Of a stretch of DNA of 14,696 bases, positions 6,437 through 13,990 are shown piece after piece. The DNA is from an uncultured archaeon (GTDB lineage Archaea > Iainarchaeota > Iainarchaeia > Iainarchaeales > 0-14-0-20-30-16): the NCBI GenBank assembly GCA_964565125.1, contig CAZMCX010000003.1, forward strand, positions 3,957-18,652. The letters are read 5' to 3'. The number at the start of each line of letters is the position of its first letter. The first letter of the stretch is position 1. The notes beneath the pieces were generated by a model. The model was not told the DNA's origin, searched no databases, and was given only the letters and a program-made list of their open reading frames with translations. Position numbers and translations under genes: made by a program.

Positions 6437-7162
6437 TTACCACCTATTTGTTTTTGATAACGCATCCATTGTGGCTTTTACAAAGTTCAGAGTTGTTCCT
6501 GTGCTTCCAAATCCTCTGCCCCACACATCATTAATATTACATAAATTAAATACTTCCTTAATTGCTTTTGCAACAACTAATCCGGTTCCTTTTGGTGCTG
6601 GCTTTAGCTCAACTTTCACTCCACCACATTTTCCATTTACTTTATATGGAAGGCTATGAGGAGTTCCGCAGTTACATTCCCATGCTCCGCATCCATGGTT
6701 TACTTTTATCACATTTAGTCTTGCTTTCTTAGCTGCTTTTGCGATTGCCGTTAACTTATCAGTGTCTTTTTCAGTTCCTAATCCTAAGTATTCTCTTCTA
6801 TCTCCAATTAATACAGTTGCTCTAAAAGAGTATCTTCTTCCTGACATTCTTACATATGATGTTTTCTTAATATCAACAACTTTCTCAGTTAATTCCAAAA
6901 AGAAATCAATTATTTGTGGTTCCAATATTTTTAGTCCTTTTGCCAAAATCTCATCTAAAGATTTTATTTCTCCAGATTTAACTTTTTTTCCTAAAACAGT
7001 TTGGGGAGCCCAGTCAGCCATTGAATATCTTGCCAGCAGTTGCTTTTTTACAACCATTTCTCGGATATTATCTTGCTTTTCAGTATCTGTTTTTTTCTTT
7101 GCTTCTACTGCAATTTTTTTATCCACTCTGTTCTTTCTTGCTAACTTATATTTATCTACCAT
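6437..7162 (-). CDS. rps5: 30S ribosomal protein S5 (uS5)
   Basis: The motifs RFRATVLIGDRREYLGLGTEKD and HGCGAWECNCGTPHSLPYKVNGKCGGVKVELKPAPKGTGLV are archaeal uS5 motifs. Confidence 0.95.
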   Translation of the reverse strand: MVDKYKLARKNRVDKKIAVEAKKKTDTEKQDNIREMVVKKQLLARYSMADWAPQTVLGKKVKSGEIKSLDEILAKGLKILEPQIIDFFLELTEKVVDIKKTSYVRMSGRRYSFRATVLIGDRREYLGLGTEKDTDKLTAIAKAAKKARLNVIKVNHGCGAWECNCGTPHSLPYKVNGKCGGVKVELKPAPKGTGLVVAKAIKEVFNLCNINDVWGRGFGSTGTTLNFVKATMDALSKTNRW

Positions 7163-7174
7163 GGATTATTCCCC

Positions 7175-7660
7175 TTAAAACTTCAACATGTCTATTTTCG
7201 TTAAATATTCTTTTAATTCTGCTTCTGGTTTTCCTGCCAATAAAGTTTTCATTTCTGGCAAAATTTCTGGCTCGTGAGCTATTGATAATCCAGAATCCAC
7301 CATTCCTTTTAAAACACTAAAAAGTTTTCCGCCTTTGTGGATTTTTTGCATTCCTAAATCCAAAATTGCTTCTTTTTTAAATTTTAAAGCAACCACTTTT
7401 TTTCCAAAGTAGTAACCTGCCAAATATCCGCAATACCTGCTCTTATATGACTCTGCTTTGAGCCCAAGTCCAGAAAGAACATCAGAAAATACGCTTAGTT
7501 TTACATTATCTCCTTTTACGTCATGTAAAACATATTGCATTATCACTCTTTTGTTGGTTAATCTAACCACAACTCTAGGGATCTTAGACTTTAACATGCC
7601 GAATCTTTTTTCGTAGTTGGTTCTAAGTTCTGTTCTTCGCCTATAATCGTGTTTTTTCAT
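7175..7660 (-). CDS. rpl18: 50S ribosomal protein L18 (uL18)
   Basis: YRRRTELRTNYEKRFGMLKSKIPRVVVRLTNKRVIMQ is the archaeal uL18 N-terminus. The ATG overlaps the L19e stop (ATGA). Confidence 0.93.
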   Translation of the reverse strand: MKKHDYRRRTELRTNYEKRFGMLKSKIPRVVVRLTNKRVIMQYVLHDVKGDNVKLSVFSDVLSGLGLKAESYKSRYCGYLAGYYFGKKVVALKFKKEAILDLGMQKIHKGGKLFSVLKGMVDSGLSIAHEPEILPEMKTLLAGKPEAELKEYLTKIDMLKF

Positions 7661-8094
7661 TTTTTCACCTTATCAACATACAACTTTATGTGGTTCTTAC
7701 TTCTAAAGAATCCACCTCTTACTTTAGAGTAAAGCTCTTTATATAGTATAAAATCTATCTCACTTTTGTCTTTCATCTCTCTAATATATTTTCTTTGTGC
7801 TCTAACCTTTTTTATCCATTCTTCTTTAGGTCTAGTTCTTGCTGTTTTTGCACCTTTTCTTGTTCCTGGACCTCTTCTTCTTCCTGCAGTCTTTTTAGCT
7901 TTCAGCTTTCTTGCCCTACCTCGGCTTTGGCCAGAAATTATTTTCTTTACTGTCCCATTAGTTACCATTTCTTTAATATCATCTTTTGTAATGGCTTTTT
8001 TCACTTCAGTAGTTGCATCAGGGGAAATCCAAACTTTTGACTTTCCAACATTAAGCAATTTTGAAACCTGTTCTCTAAAAGATTTCATATTCAT
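7657..8094 (-). CDS. rpl19e: 50S ribosomal protein L19e (eL19)
   Basis: LLNVGKSKVWISPD...SRGRARKLKAKKTAGRRRGPGTRKGAKTAR is the eL19 signature. An SD-like GGGGG lies upstream. Confidence 0.93.
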   Translation of the reverse strand: MNMKSFREQVSKLLNVGKSKVWISPDATTEVKKAITKDDIKEMVTNGTVKKIISGQSRGRARKLKAKKTAGRRRGPGTRKGAKTARTRPKEEWIKKVRAQRKYIREMKDKSEIDFILYKELYSKVRGGFFRSKNHIKLYVDKVKK

Positions 8095-8105
8095 AGTTAT
8101 TCCCC

Positions 8106-8648
8106 CTAATTCAGCATCTTTATGCCTTTCTTTTCTGCTTCCTTTCTAATAAACTCTTTCTTTTTCTTTCCTACAGTAGAACTTATCCTTGCTGCGTGTG
8201 TTTCTTTCTGTACTTTATCTAAATCTTTAACATTACATACTTTTGTTTCTCTATATCCCGATGGATGTAGACCTCTTATTTCTTCAGGGTTCTTGTAACC
8301 ACCTTTTACTCTACAGCCATCTCCTTTTCTCCATTTAATATCTATTCCTCTAGGAACTCTCCACTTGTTAAATTTATCTTTAGCTTTGCTTCGGATCTGT
8401 CTTATTCCAAATCTTCCTCTAAAAGTTGGGTGTTTCTTTTTCTTTGCAATTAATTTCTTTAATCTTGCAATTATGCTTGTGGGGGCCACTCTTTTCTTTT
8501 CTTTTTTATTTTGTTTTGCTTTGGCTTTTGGTTTACTAGTAGCTTTGTCAGCAATTTTTTCTGTTTTTTCCGTTGCTTTGATTGGTGCTGGCTCTACTTT
8601 TTGTGCCACTGCTTTCTTAACTGCACTTGTTTTTTTAATATCATTCAT
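8106..8648 (-). CDS. rpl32e: 50S ribosomal protein L32e (eL32) with a ~55-aa Lys-rich N-terminal extension carrying repeat copy R1
   Basis: The core is HPTFRGRFGIRQIRSKAKDKFNKWRVPRGIDIKWRKGDGCRVKGGYKNPEEIRGLHPSGY. ATG at 8648 is preceded by GGTG; the track start at 8666 is TTG. Confidence 0.9.
   Translation of the reverse strand: MNDIKKTSAVKKAVAQKVEPAPIKATEKTEKIADKATSKPKAKAKQNKKEKKRVAPTSIIARLKKLIAKKKKHPTFRGRFGIRQIRSKAKDKFNKWRVPRGIDIKWRKGDGCRVKGGYKNPEEIRGLHPSGYRETKVCNVKDLDKVQKETHAARISSTVGKKKKEFIRKEAEKKGIKMLN
8534..8603 (-). repeat. Repeat copy R1 (in frame in the eL32 N-terminal extension; encodes KVEPAPIKATEKTEKIADKATSK)
   Basis: By hand alignment, 8534-8594 matches 10250-10310 at 51/61 positions, including an identical 20-mer gctttgattggtgctggctc. 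Confidence 0.85.
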
Positions 8649-9171
8649 TTTGAACACCTTTTTCAACTATATAAATTCCATCTTGGAAAATTCTTCTATC
8701 CTTAGATCTTACTTTTGCTTTTCCTTCAATATTAGCAGCCACCTGACCTGCAGCATTCTTGTCTACAGAAGTTATGAAAATATCTTTTCCTTTAATTTCA
8801 ACCTTTACATTATCTACAACCTTAATTTTTATTTGCTTCTTTTGACCTGCAAAGTTAGATATTATAAATACATTGTCCTTTACTAAAACACTTAATGGGA
8901 AGTGAGAATACACTATACTCATCTTGTAGGTATATGGTTTACAAACTCCCGACATCATGTTCTTAATATTCTTGGATAAAGTCATCATTTGGGCTCTAGC
9001 TGGTTTTTTTTCGTTTTTTGTTTTAAGGATTATGTCTTTCCCCTTCAATTCTACATCAACCAATCTAATGGGATTCTTTTTTGACACACTACCCTTAGGC
9101 CCTTTAACAACGAAGTTTTTGCCTTCGTATTTTACTTCAACGTTATCCGGAACTTTAATATTTGATTCCAT
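8641..9171 (-). CDS. rpl6: 50S ribosomal protein L6 (uL6)
   Basis: Typical two-domain uL6 (IKVPDNVEVKYEGKNFVVKGPKGSVS..., ...QVAANIEGKAKVRSKDRRIFQDGIYI). ATG at 9171 follows GGTGA; the track start at 9180 is the SD GTG. Confidence 0.93.
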   Translation of the reverse strand: MESNIKVPDNVEVKYEGKNFVVKGPKGSVSKKNPIRLVDVELKGKDIILKTKNEKKPARAQMMTLSKNIKNMMSGVCKPYTYKMSIVYSHFPLSVLVKDNVFIISNFAGQKKQIKIKVVDNVKVEIKGKDIFITSVDKNAAGQVAANIEGKAKVRSKDRRIFQDGIYIVEKGVQNE

Positions 9172-9182
9172 TTTATTCACCT

Positions 9183-9572
9183 TTAATATACATATGCCAT
9201 TAATTTTCCGCCAATTCCTTGTTTTTTGGCTTCTCTATGAGCCATTATTCCTTTAGGAGTTGAAACTACTAAATAACCTATATTCTTAGATGGAAGATAT
9301 CTTTTCTCAAATCTTTCATAATCACTAACCTGAACAGAATATCTTGGCTTTATTGCCTTACACTCAGTTATTGCGCCTTTAAGTTTAACTTCAAGGATTC
9401 CTCCCCTTGGATTCTCCTTAACATCAAACCCCTCAATATAATTCAGGTCTCTCAAAAGACTACATGTTGCCAATATCAACTTACTTGCTGGCGTTATGCT
9501 ACAGCTTCTTTTAGCAACAAATTCTGAATTTTTAATTATTATCATTGCATCTGAAAATACATCTACACTCAT
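9183..9572 (-). CDS. rps8: 30S ribosomal protein S8 (uS8)
   Basis: DVFSDAMIIIKNSEFVAKRSCSITPASKLILATCSLLRDLNYIEGF...GGKLMAYVY matches uS8. GGTG lies 5 nt upstream of the ATG. Confidence 0.95.
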   Translation of the reverse strand: MSVDVFSDAMIIIKNSEFVAKRSCSITPASKLILATCSLLRDLNYIEGFDVKENPRGGILEVKLKGAITECKAIKPRYSVQVSDYERFEKRYLPSKNIGYLVVSTPKGIMAHREAKKQGIGGKLMAYVY

Positions 9573-9582
9573 ATGAACACCT

Positions 9583-9717
9583 TTAGTTATATTTTTTAAA
9601 TCCCAAATTTATTGCATTGTTCTTGAAACATCTTCTACAAATATAAAGATTATATTTTTTTACTAGGCCTCTATTTGTACTACAGATCTTACAAACAACT
9701 TTTTTCTTATCTGTCAT
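9583..9717 (-). CDS. rps14: 30S ribosomal protein S14 (uS14, zinc-ribbon type), 44 aa; not in the supplied ORF track
   Basis: My hand translation of the minus strand gives MTDKKKVVCKICSTNRGLVKKYNLYICRRCFKNNAINLGFKKYN*. It has CxxC...CxxC plus the LGF.KY C-terminus typical of archaeal S14. ATG at 9717 overlaps the L5 stop (ATGA). It fills the expected L5-S14-S8 slot. Confidence 0.9.
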   Translation of the reverse strand: MTDKKKVVCKICSTNRGLVKKYNLYICRRCFKNNAINLGFKKYN

Positions 9718-10490
9718 ATTACATCAACCCCGAAGGTCTTGTTTACATATGTAACCGCATCTTCTTTTGTAACCTTATGTGCGTTTCCAACACTTTTTCT
9801 GTAAAGTAATCTATTCTTTACTCTATATCCTCTTCTTTTTAAATTTACTATTACATCAAATCCAAGTAATCCTAATTTGGGGTCATACTTCATTCCGTGT
9901 ATGTCAATATATTCCTTTACCCCTAAAGCAAAGTTTCCATTTTTATCAAAGCTTTTTGATTTTATTTGGTTTTTATATGCTTTGAAAACTCTTGTCAAGA
10001 TTTCTTTTGCCTTCTTGCCTCTTAAAGTAACCTTGGTTCCAATAGGCAGGCCTGGTTTTATACCCCACTTTGGCAATCTTGTTTTTGCCTTAGTTTCAAC
10101 AGGCTTCATTTCAGTTAATCTTACTAAAATTTCTTTAGCATTTTGCAGTTTTCCCGCATTATCCCCAACACACATATGCAAAACTACTTTATCTAATTGT
10201 AATTCCCTCATTGTGTTGTTTGGATTTTTCACCTTTTTCACAGTTGCCTTGCTAGTAGCCTTGTCAGCAACCTTATCCTGCTTTTCCTTTGCTTTGATTG
10301 GTGCTGGCTCTTTCTTAGGCTCTACCTTTGTCTCTGCTTTGCCTTGGTTTACTTTGTCTTCGTTCTTAGCTTCCGGTTTAGCTTCTACTTTTACAGACTC
10401 TTTTTTGGCTTCTACTTTTGGTTTAACCTCTACTTTTGACACTGGTTTTTGCTCAACTACCTTGCTTTCTTTTGCTTGCTCTTTAGACAT
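9714..10490 (-). CDS. rpl5: 50S ribosomal protein L5 (uL5) with a 93-aa Lys/Glu/Val-rich N-terminal extension carrying repeat copy R2
   Basis: The core starts at residue 94 (MRELQLDKVVLHMCVGDNAGKLQNAKEIL...GLLGFDV). The upstream 279 nt stay open in an AT-rich context. ATG at 10490 has an SD-like GTGAT upstream. The internal ATG at 10211 has no SD at normal spacing. Confidence 0.9.
   Translation of the reverse strand: MSKEQAKESKVVEQKPVSKVEVKPKVEAKKESVKVEAKPEAKNEDKVNQGKAETKVEPKKEPAPIKAKEKQDKVADKATSKATVKKVKNPNNTMRELQLDKVVLHMCVGDNAGKLQNAKEILVRLTEMKPVETKAKTRLPKWGIKPGLPIGTKVTLRGKKAKEILTRVFKAYKNQIKSKSFDKNGNFALGVKEYIDIHGMKYDPKLGLLGFDVIVNLKRRGYRVKNRLLYRKSVGNAHKVTKEDAVTYVNKTFGVDVI
10250..10330 (-). 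repeat. Repeat copy R2 (in frame in the uL5 N-terminal extension; encodes KVEPKKEPAPIKAKEKQDKVADKATSKA)
   Basis: By hand alignment, 10250-10310 matches 14089-14149 at 52/61 positions, including an identical 22-mer tgctagtagccttgtcagcaac. Similarity continues about 20 nt further (tttcttaggctctaccttt vs ttttttagcttctactttt). Confidence 0.85.
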
Positions 10491-10520
10491 TTTATCACAC
10501 TCTTTTACACACCATAAATA

Positions 10521-11237
10521 TCATTGTACTAAATAATCAAAGTCATCAGGTAACAAAAATACATAATCCAACAAACTTCGTACTTCTTTTTTCTTTGTTT
10601 TAACAACAATTTCTCCTTTCTTTACTTCGTCCCCCAAAACTATTGATTTAACATTACCCACATTTCCAATGTGTGTTCCTTCTATAAATATTACTCTAAC
10701 GCCTTCACTAAACTCATAGTGGTCTTTTATTTTCTTTGCTTTAAAATCATAAGTTACAACATCATTTACTTTGTACTTACCTTTATCTATATTTATATTA
10801 TACCCGTTGTCCAAAAATAATAATTTCTTTCCGCCTTTTGCGGTTTTCTTTCCAACAATTTTGCTTAATCTTAAATCTGGTTTTTTATAATCTATTTCTA
10901 TAATATCCATTTTCTTATTCTTATGTGGAACAAAAGTATACTTTCTTTTTGTATCTTCTATATCTATAACATCAAACAATCCAACAGGAAATTTGTAATC
11001 TTTTATTCTTACACCATTTACTAAAACTGTTTTTGTCTGCAAAACTTTTTTTACTTCTCTTAAGTCATTTGCAACTTTCAAAATGTTCCTCAAAACAACA
11101 GCCATAGACACACTTTTCTTTTCTGCTTTTGTGCCGGGGGCAGTTTTTACTAAAAAGATATGATCTTTTTTCAGAACATGCTTTGGTCCAGAATAACTTA
11201 TTCTTTTTTGAGTTGAACTTCCGCCTTTATTTGCCAT
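10521..11237 (-). CDS. rps4e: 30S ribosomal protein S4e (eS4)
   Basis: GPKHVLKKDHIFLVKTAPG...VLVNGVRIKDYKFPVGLFDVIDI shows the eS4 S4/KOW architecture. ATG at 11237 follows GGTGA, 1 nt after the L24 stop. Confidence 0.93.
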   Translation of the reverse strand: MANKGGSSTQKRISYSGPKHVLKKDHIFLVKTAPGTKAEKKSVSMAVVLRNILKVANDLREVKKVLQTKTVLVNGVRIKDYKFPVGLFDVIDIEDTKRKYTFVPHKNKKMDIIEIDYKKPDLRLSKIVGKKTAKGGKKLLFLDNGYNINIDKGKYKVNDVVTYDFKAKKIKDHYEFSEGVRVIFIEGTHIGNVGNVKSIVLGDEVKKGEIVVKTKKKEVRSLLDYVFLLPDDFDYLVQ

Positions 11238-11238
11238 T

Positions 11239-11718
11239 TTATTCACCTTTCTTAACAACTTTCTTTACTACTTTTGTAGATGCTTTTGTAGGAGCCAAAG
11301 TCTTTGACTCTTTTTTTGTATCTACTTTCTTTGGAGTTTCTTTTTTTTCTAATTTCATTTTCTGTACTTTTTTTTCTCTTTTAAGTTTTGCTAATCTTAT
11401 ATTATCATTCAAGCTAAGTTCTTTTATTATCAAATTTGAAGGCTGGAATTTTACGTAAATTTCCTTCCCATCAACTTTTTTTATCTTTAAATTATCAATA
11501 TTAACATAACTATCTGCAACACTTGCTTTTACAATCTTGCCTTCTTTGCCTTTATATTTTCCAACCATTACTTTTACAATATCATCTTTTCTTACTTGCA
11601 GGGCCCTCATCTTATATTTATCTCTCAGTTCTTTTGACAAGTGAACTCTTAATTCCTTTTGCTTTTTATGTAAAGGAGCATTCAACTTTCTTTTTCTTTC
11701 GATATCTGATTTTACCAT
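11239..11718 (-). CDS. rpl24: 50S ribosomal protein L24 (uL24) with a ~45-aa Lys-rich C-terminal tail
   Basis: The KOW core is VRKDDIVKVMVGKYKGKEGKIVKA. The tail ...EKKETPKKVDTKKESKTLAPTKASTKVVKKVVKKGE shares KKVDTK and KKES with the uL22 tail. Confidence 0.93.
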   Translation of the reverse strand: MVKSDIERKRKLNAPLHKKQKELRVHLSKELRDKYKMRALQVRKDDIVKVMVGKYKGKEGKIVKASVADSYVNIDNLKIKKVDGKEIYVKFQPSNLIIKELSLNDNIRLAKLKREKKVQKMKLEKKETPKKVDTKKESKTLAPTKASTKVVKKVVKKGE

Positions 11719-11734
11719 TATATCACCTTAAATA

Positions 11735-12133
11735 TTATACAATCATAGACGCTTTTCCTGCAATCTTAGGCCATCTTTCTCCAATTTCTTTGGGAACCGC
11801 GCCTTTGATTTCTGTTCCTTTGGGAACCCCATCTTTATCTACTAATACAACTGCATTGTCTACAAACTTTAATTTTAATCCATTTGCTCTTGTTAATCCA
11901 CTTTTTGTTCTTATTACAATGGCCATAAATATTTTCTTTCTTAATTCCGGCTTACCTTTAGAAACAACTATATTTATCATATCCCCGATTCCTGCTTTTG
12001 GTATTCTTCTTTTTCTTGTTTTTAAGTTGAATACACTTATTAAATACACTTCTTTTGCACCCGTATTATCAGCACAAGTCATATGAGTTTTTAGTGCCAC
12101 TGCTCTTTGTGGTGTTGCGGACATTGCTCTCAT
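11735..12133 (-). CDS. rpl14: 50S ribosomal protein L14 (uL14)
   Basis: CADNTGAKEVYLISV...IGDMINIVVSKG...VVLVDKDG.PKGTEIKGAVPKE is the uL14 signature. The ATG overlaps the S17 stop (ATGA). Confidence 0.95.
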   Translation of the reverse strand: MRAMSATPQRAVALKTHMTCADNTGAKEVYLISVFNLKTRKRRIPKAGIGDMINIVVSKGKPELRKKIFMAIVIRTKSGLTRANGLKLKFVDNAVVLVDKDGVPKGTEIKGAVPKEIGERWPKIAGKASMIV

Positions 12134-12399
12134 TCTGAATCACCTTTAACTTTAGACACAATTATGAAGTTCTTTGTCTTACTAATTTTTCTTGTTTCAC
12201 CAATTCTCACAATGTCCCCGACTTCTACTTTTATTTCATCAGGAATGTGCACTACAATTCTTGATTTCACTTTCTTATATCTTTCATATTTCTTGACAAA
12301 GTGCACAATTTCTCTTTCAACAACAGCAGTTTTTGCACTTTTCATTTTAGTTATTTTTCCAACCAAAAATGAACCCCTCGGGATATATTTTGTTTCCAT
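12130..12399 (-). CDS. rps17: 30S ribosomal protein S17 (uS17)
   Basis: GKITKMKSAKTAVVEREIVHFVKKYERYKKVKSRIVVHIPDEIKVEVGDIVRIGETRKISKTK is the uS17 OB fold. GGAGG SD lies upstream. Confidence 0.93.
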   Translation of the reverse strand: METKYIPRGSFLVGKITKMKSAKTAVVEREIVHFVKKYERYKKVKSRIVVHIPDEIKVEVGDIVRIGETRKISKTKNFIIVSKVKGDSE

Positions 12400-12400
12400 T

Positions 12401-12664
12401 TTAAGTCCTCCAACATAATTTTATTCTTTCTTCAGGCCTGTAATTTATTTTGTCTCCATTGACTAAATATTCTTCTTTTCCATTTCTAAATTTAAACATC
12501 TTCCCTTTCTTAGGGATGGTCTTCAAACCATCTTTACATTCAACAACAAAAACATTTTTCGTTTCGTTGTAAACCGTTCCTTTAATTCCTCTTTGGGAAT
12601 CATCACTTGATTCCACTATTTCTACATCCAATCCTAAATATTCCATTATTTCTTTTTTTCCCAT
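12401..12664 (-). CDS. rnp1: RNase P protein component 1 (Rpp29/Pop4 homologue)
   Basis: YLGLDVEIVESSDDSQRGIKGTVYNETKNVFVVE...NYRPEERIK matches the archaeal Rpp29 pattern (liGl.v.vv.S.....G..G.vvdETkNtl.i ... rPedRik). The slot between SUI1 and S17 is conserved. ATG at 12664 is preceded by GGGG; the track start at 12712 is a TTG without an SD. Confidence 0.85.
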   Translation of the reverse strand: MGKKEIMEYLGLDVEIVESSDDSQRGIKGTVYNETKNVFVVECKDGLKTIPKKGKMFKFRNGKEEYLVNGDKINYRPEERIKLCWRT

Positions 12665-12738
12665 GTCTTTCCCCTGTATATAGGTGCCAAACCTTTGTAC
12701 ATTCGCCACCAAAGTGTGTTTTGTCTTTTCTTTGAACC

Positions 12739-13035
12739 TTAACTTTTAATATTCTTGGGAGAAAATCCTTTTTTTATCAAGAAAGCCCTTGCTTTCCTTG
12801 TATGTCTTCCTTGTAACTCGATTATATTATCTTTTGCTGTTCCGCCACAAGCTAATTCTTTCTTTAAATCTTTTGCCATTGATTCTACTTCTTTAGGATC
12901 AATACCACTTATATCAGTCACCATTTTGAATTTTTTCTTAAATTCTCTTATTGTTATCTCTTCTTGTTCTGCCATTATCTTTTTACAAACACAAAGTTCT
13001 TTTGGCAAACCACATACCGCACATAAAACGCTCAT
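12739..13035 (-). CDS. sui1: Translation initiation factor aSUI1/aIF1
   Basis: It has the N-terminal Cys knuckle CAVCGLPKELCVC and the SUI1 domain (KKELACGGTAKDNIIELQGRH). Synteny is L29-SUI1-Rpp29. The start is either ATG 13035 or TTG 13044. Confidence 0.88.
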   Translation of the reverse strand: MSVLCAVCGLPKELCVCKKIMAEQEEITIREFKKKFKMVTDISGIDPKEVESMAKDLKKELACGGTAKDNIIELQGRHTRKARAFLIKKGFSPKNIKS

Positions 13036-13050
13036 TATGTCCAAACTCCT

Positions 13051-13272
13051 TTATTTTTTAATAATACTTTTTGCTAGTTCATCTCTTTTCTTCTGAGATA
13101 TAACTGTTAATATTCTTGCAATATTTCTTTTTACATTTCTTATCTGATTTTTCTTATCATCTTTTGTTCCGATCTTCAGCTTAACCCTTTCTTCCATTAA
13201 TTTTTCTTGTAATACATCAAGCTCCTTGTTAAGCTCTTCGTAACTCTTTTTCAGATAATCTTTTGCTTTCAT
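13051..13272 (-). CDS. rpl29: 50S ribosomal protein L29 (uL29)
   Basis: A 73-aa helical protein, ..SYEELNKELDVLQEKLMEERVKL...IRNVKRNIARILTV, which is the uL29 pattern. It sits between S3 and SUI1. Confidence 0.9.
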   Translation of the reverse strand: MKAKDYLKKSYEELNKELDVLQEKLMEERVKLKIGTKDDKKNQIRNVKRNIARILTVISQKKRDELAKSIIKK

Positions 13273-13282
13273 AAAAATCCCT

Positions 13283-13963
13283 CTACTTCTTCTGCTCTTT
13301 GTCTAAAGTTTCAACTTCTTTTTTCTCTTCTTCAGACATTACTGCATATAATTTACTTACCTTATTTAAAATTTCATCTTTACTAATTTTATCTGGGAAA
13401 ACAGTTCCCGGCGGAATCAACTTTAATGTAACTCCAATTGCTCCTGATCTTGTATATGCTGCGCCAGTTCCAACCTTTACTTTTGAAACTTGGTCTCCAG
13501 CTTTTTTCATATATCCAAATGGAACCCTGTATCTCTGCTTTCTTCCGCCTTTTGACATAAGTTTTCCTTTTATTAATAATTCAAATCCTTCTAAATTTGT
13601 AACAGTTAATTCTTTAACTGCTCTATATACAACAGATCTCCAAGAAAAATTTCTTTCTAAACCGTTTATAATACTGTTAACTATGTGTTGAGCATTATAT
13701 TCGGGGTTTTCTATAGGCTTAATTTCCAACACTGGGTTCTTTATTCCATATTTTGTTTCCAATGTTTGAGTTAATTTTTTAACATTCTTTCCACTATAAC
13801 CTATTGCCAAACCTGGCTTTGCAACAGTAAGTATTATTTTAGTAGCCATTGGTGTTTTTACAATTTCAACGCCGCTAAATCCCGCCTTACTAAGGTTCTT
13901 TCTAAAGAAATCCTCAATCTGTATTTTTCTATATGCTTGCCGTATAAAGTTTCTCTCGATCAT
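13283..13963 (-). CDS. rps3: 30S ribosomal protein S3 (uS3)
   Basis: A KH domain (AGFSGVEIVKTPMATKIILTVAKPGLAIGYSGKN) and the uS3 C-domain (ELLIKGKL...YRVPFGYMKKAGD) are present. ATG at 13963 follows GTGAT; the track start at 13972 is that GTG. Confidence 0.95.
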   Translation of the reverse strand: MIERNFIRQAYRKIQIEDFFRKNLSKAGFSGVEIVKTPMATKIILTVAKPGLAIGYSGKNVKKLTQTLETKYGIKNPVLEIKPIENPEYNAQHIVNSIINGLERNFSWRSVVYRAVKELTVTNLEGFELLIKGKLMSKGGRKQRYRVPFGYMKKAGDQVSKVKVGTGAAYTRSGAIGVTLKLIPPGTVFPDKISKDEILNKVSKLYAVMSEEEKKEVETLDKEQKK

Positions 13964-13990
13964 GATTATCACGCCATTAATTCAATATCA

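Noticed and set aside
10209-10211. Internal ATG (MRELQLD...) as the true uL5 start, which would make the 279-nt upstream region non-coding
   Set aside because: The nearest GGTGA is 18 nt upstream, whereas the other genes have an SD 4-8 nt from the ATG. The upstream frame is open for 93 codons in AT-rich DNA, and ATG 10490 has an SD-like GTGAT. The same module is unambiguously coding inside the uL22 C-terminus. Not fully excluded.
9877-10536. 219-aa plus-strand ORF, together with other long plus-strand ORFs (11523-12086, 8365-8886, 6762-7178, 7766-8149, 13299-13691, 12755-13096, 949-1236 and others)
   Set aside because: All lie antisense to strongly recognisable ribosomal or SecY genes. Their products are Phe/Leu/Ser-rich low-complexity sequence, the mirror of Lys/Glu codons (AAA/GAA read as TTT/TTC). 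They have no SD and no recognisable motifs. Their length is explained by the scarcity of stop codons opposite K/E-rich coding sequence.
12665-12738. The 74-nt SUI1-Rpp29 spacer as a regulatory RNA element
   Set aside because: Only a weak 4-bp GGUG/CACC pairing was found. The gap may simply reflect uncertainty in the Rpp29 start (an alternative TTG at 12712).
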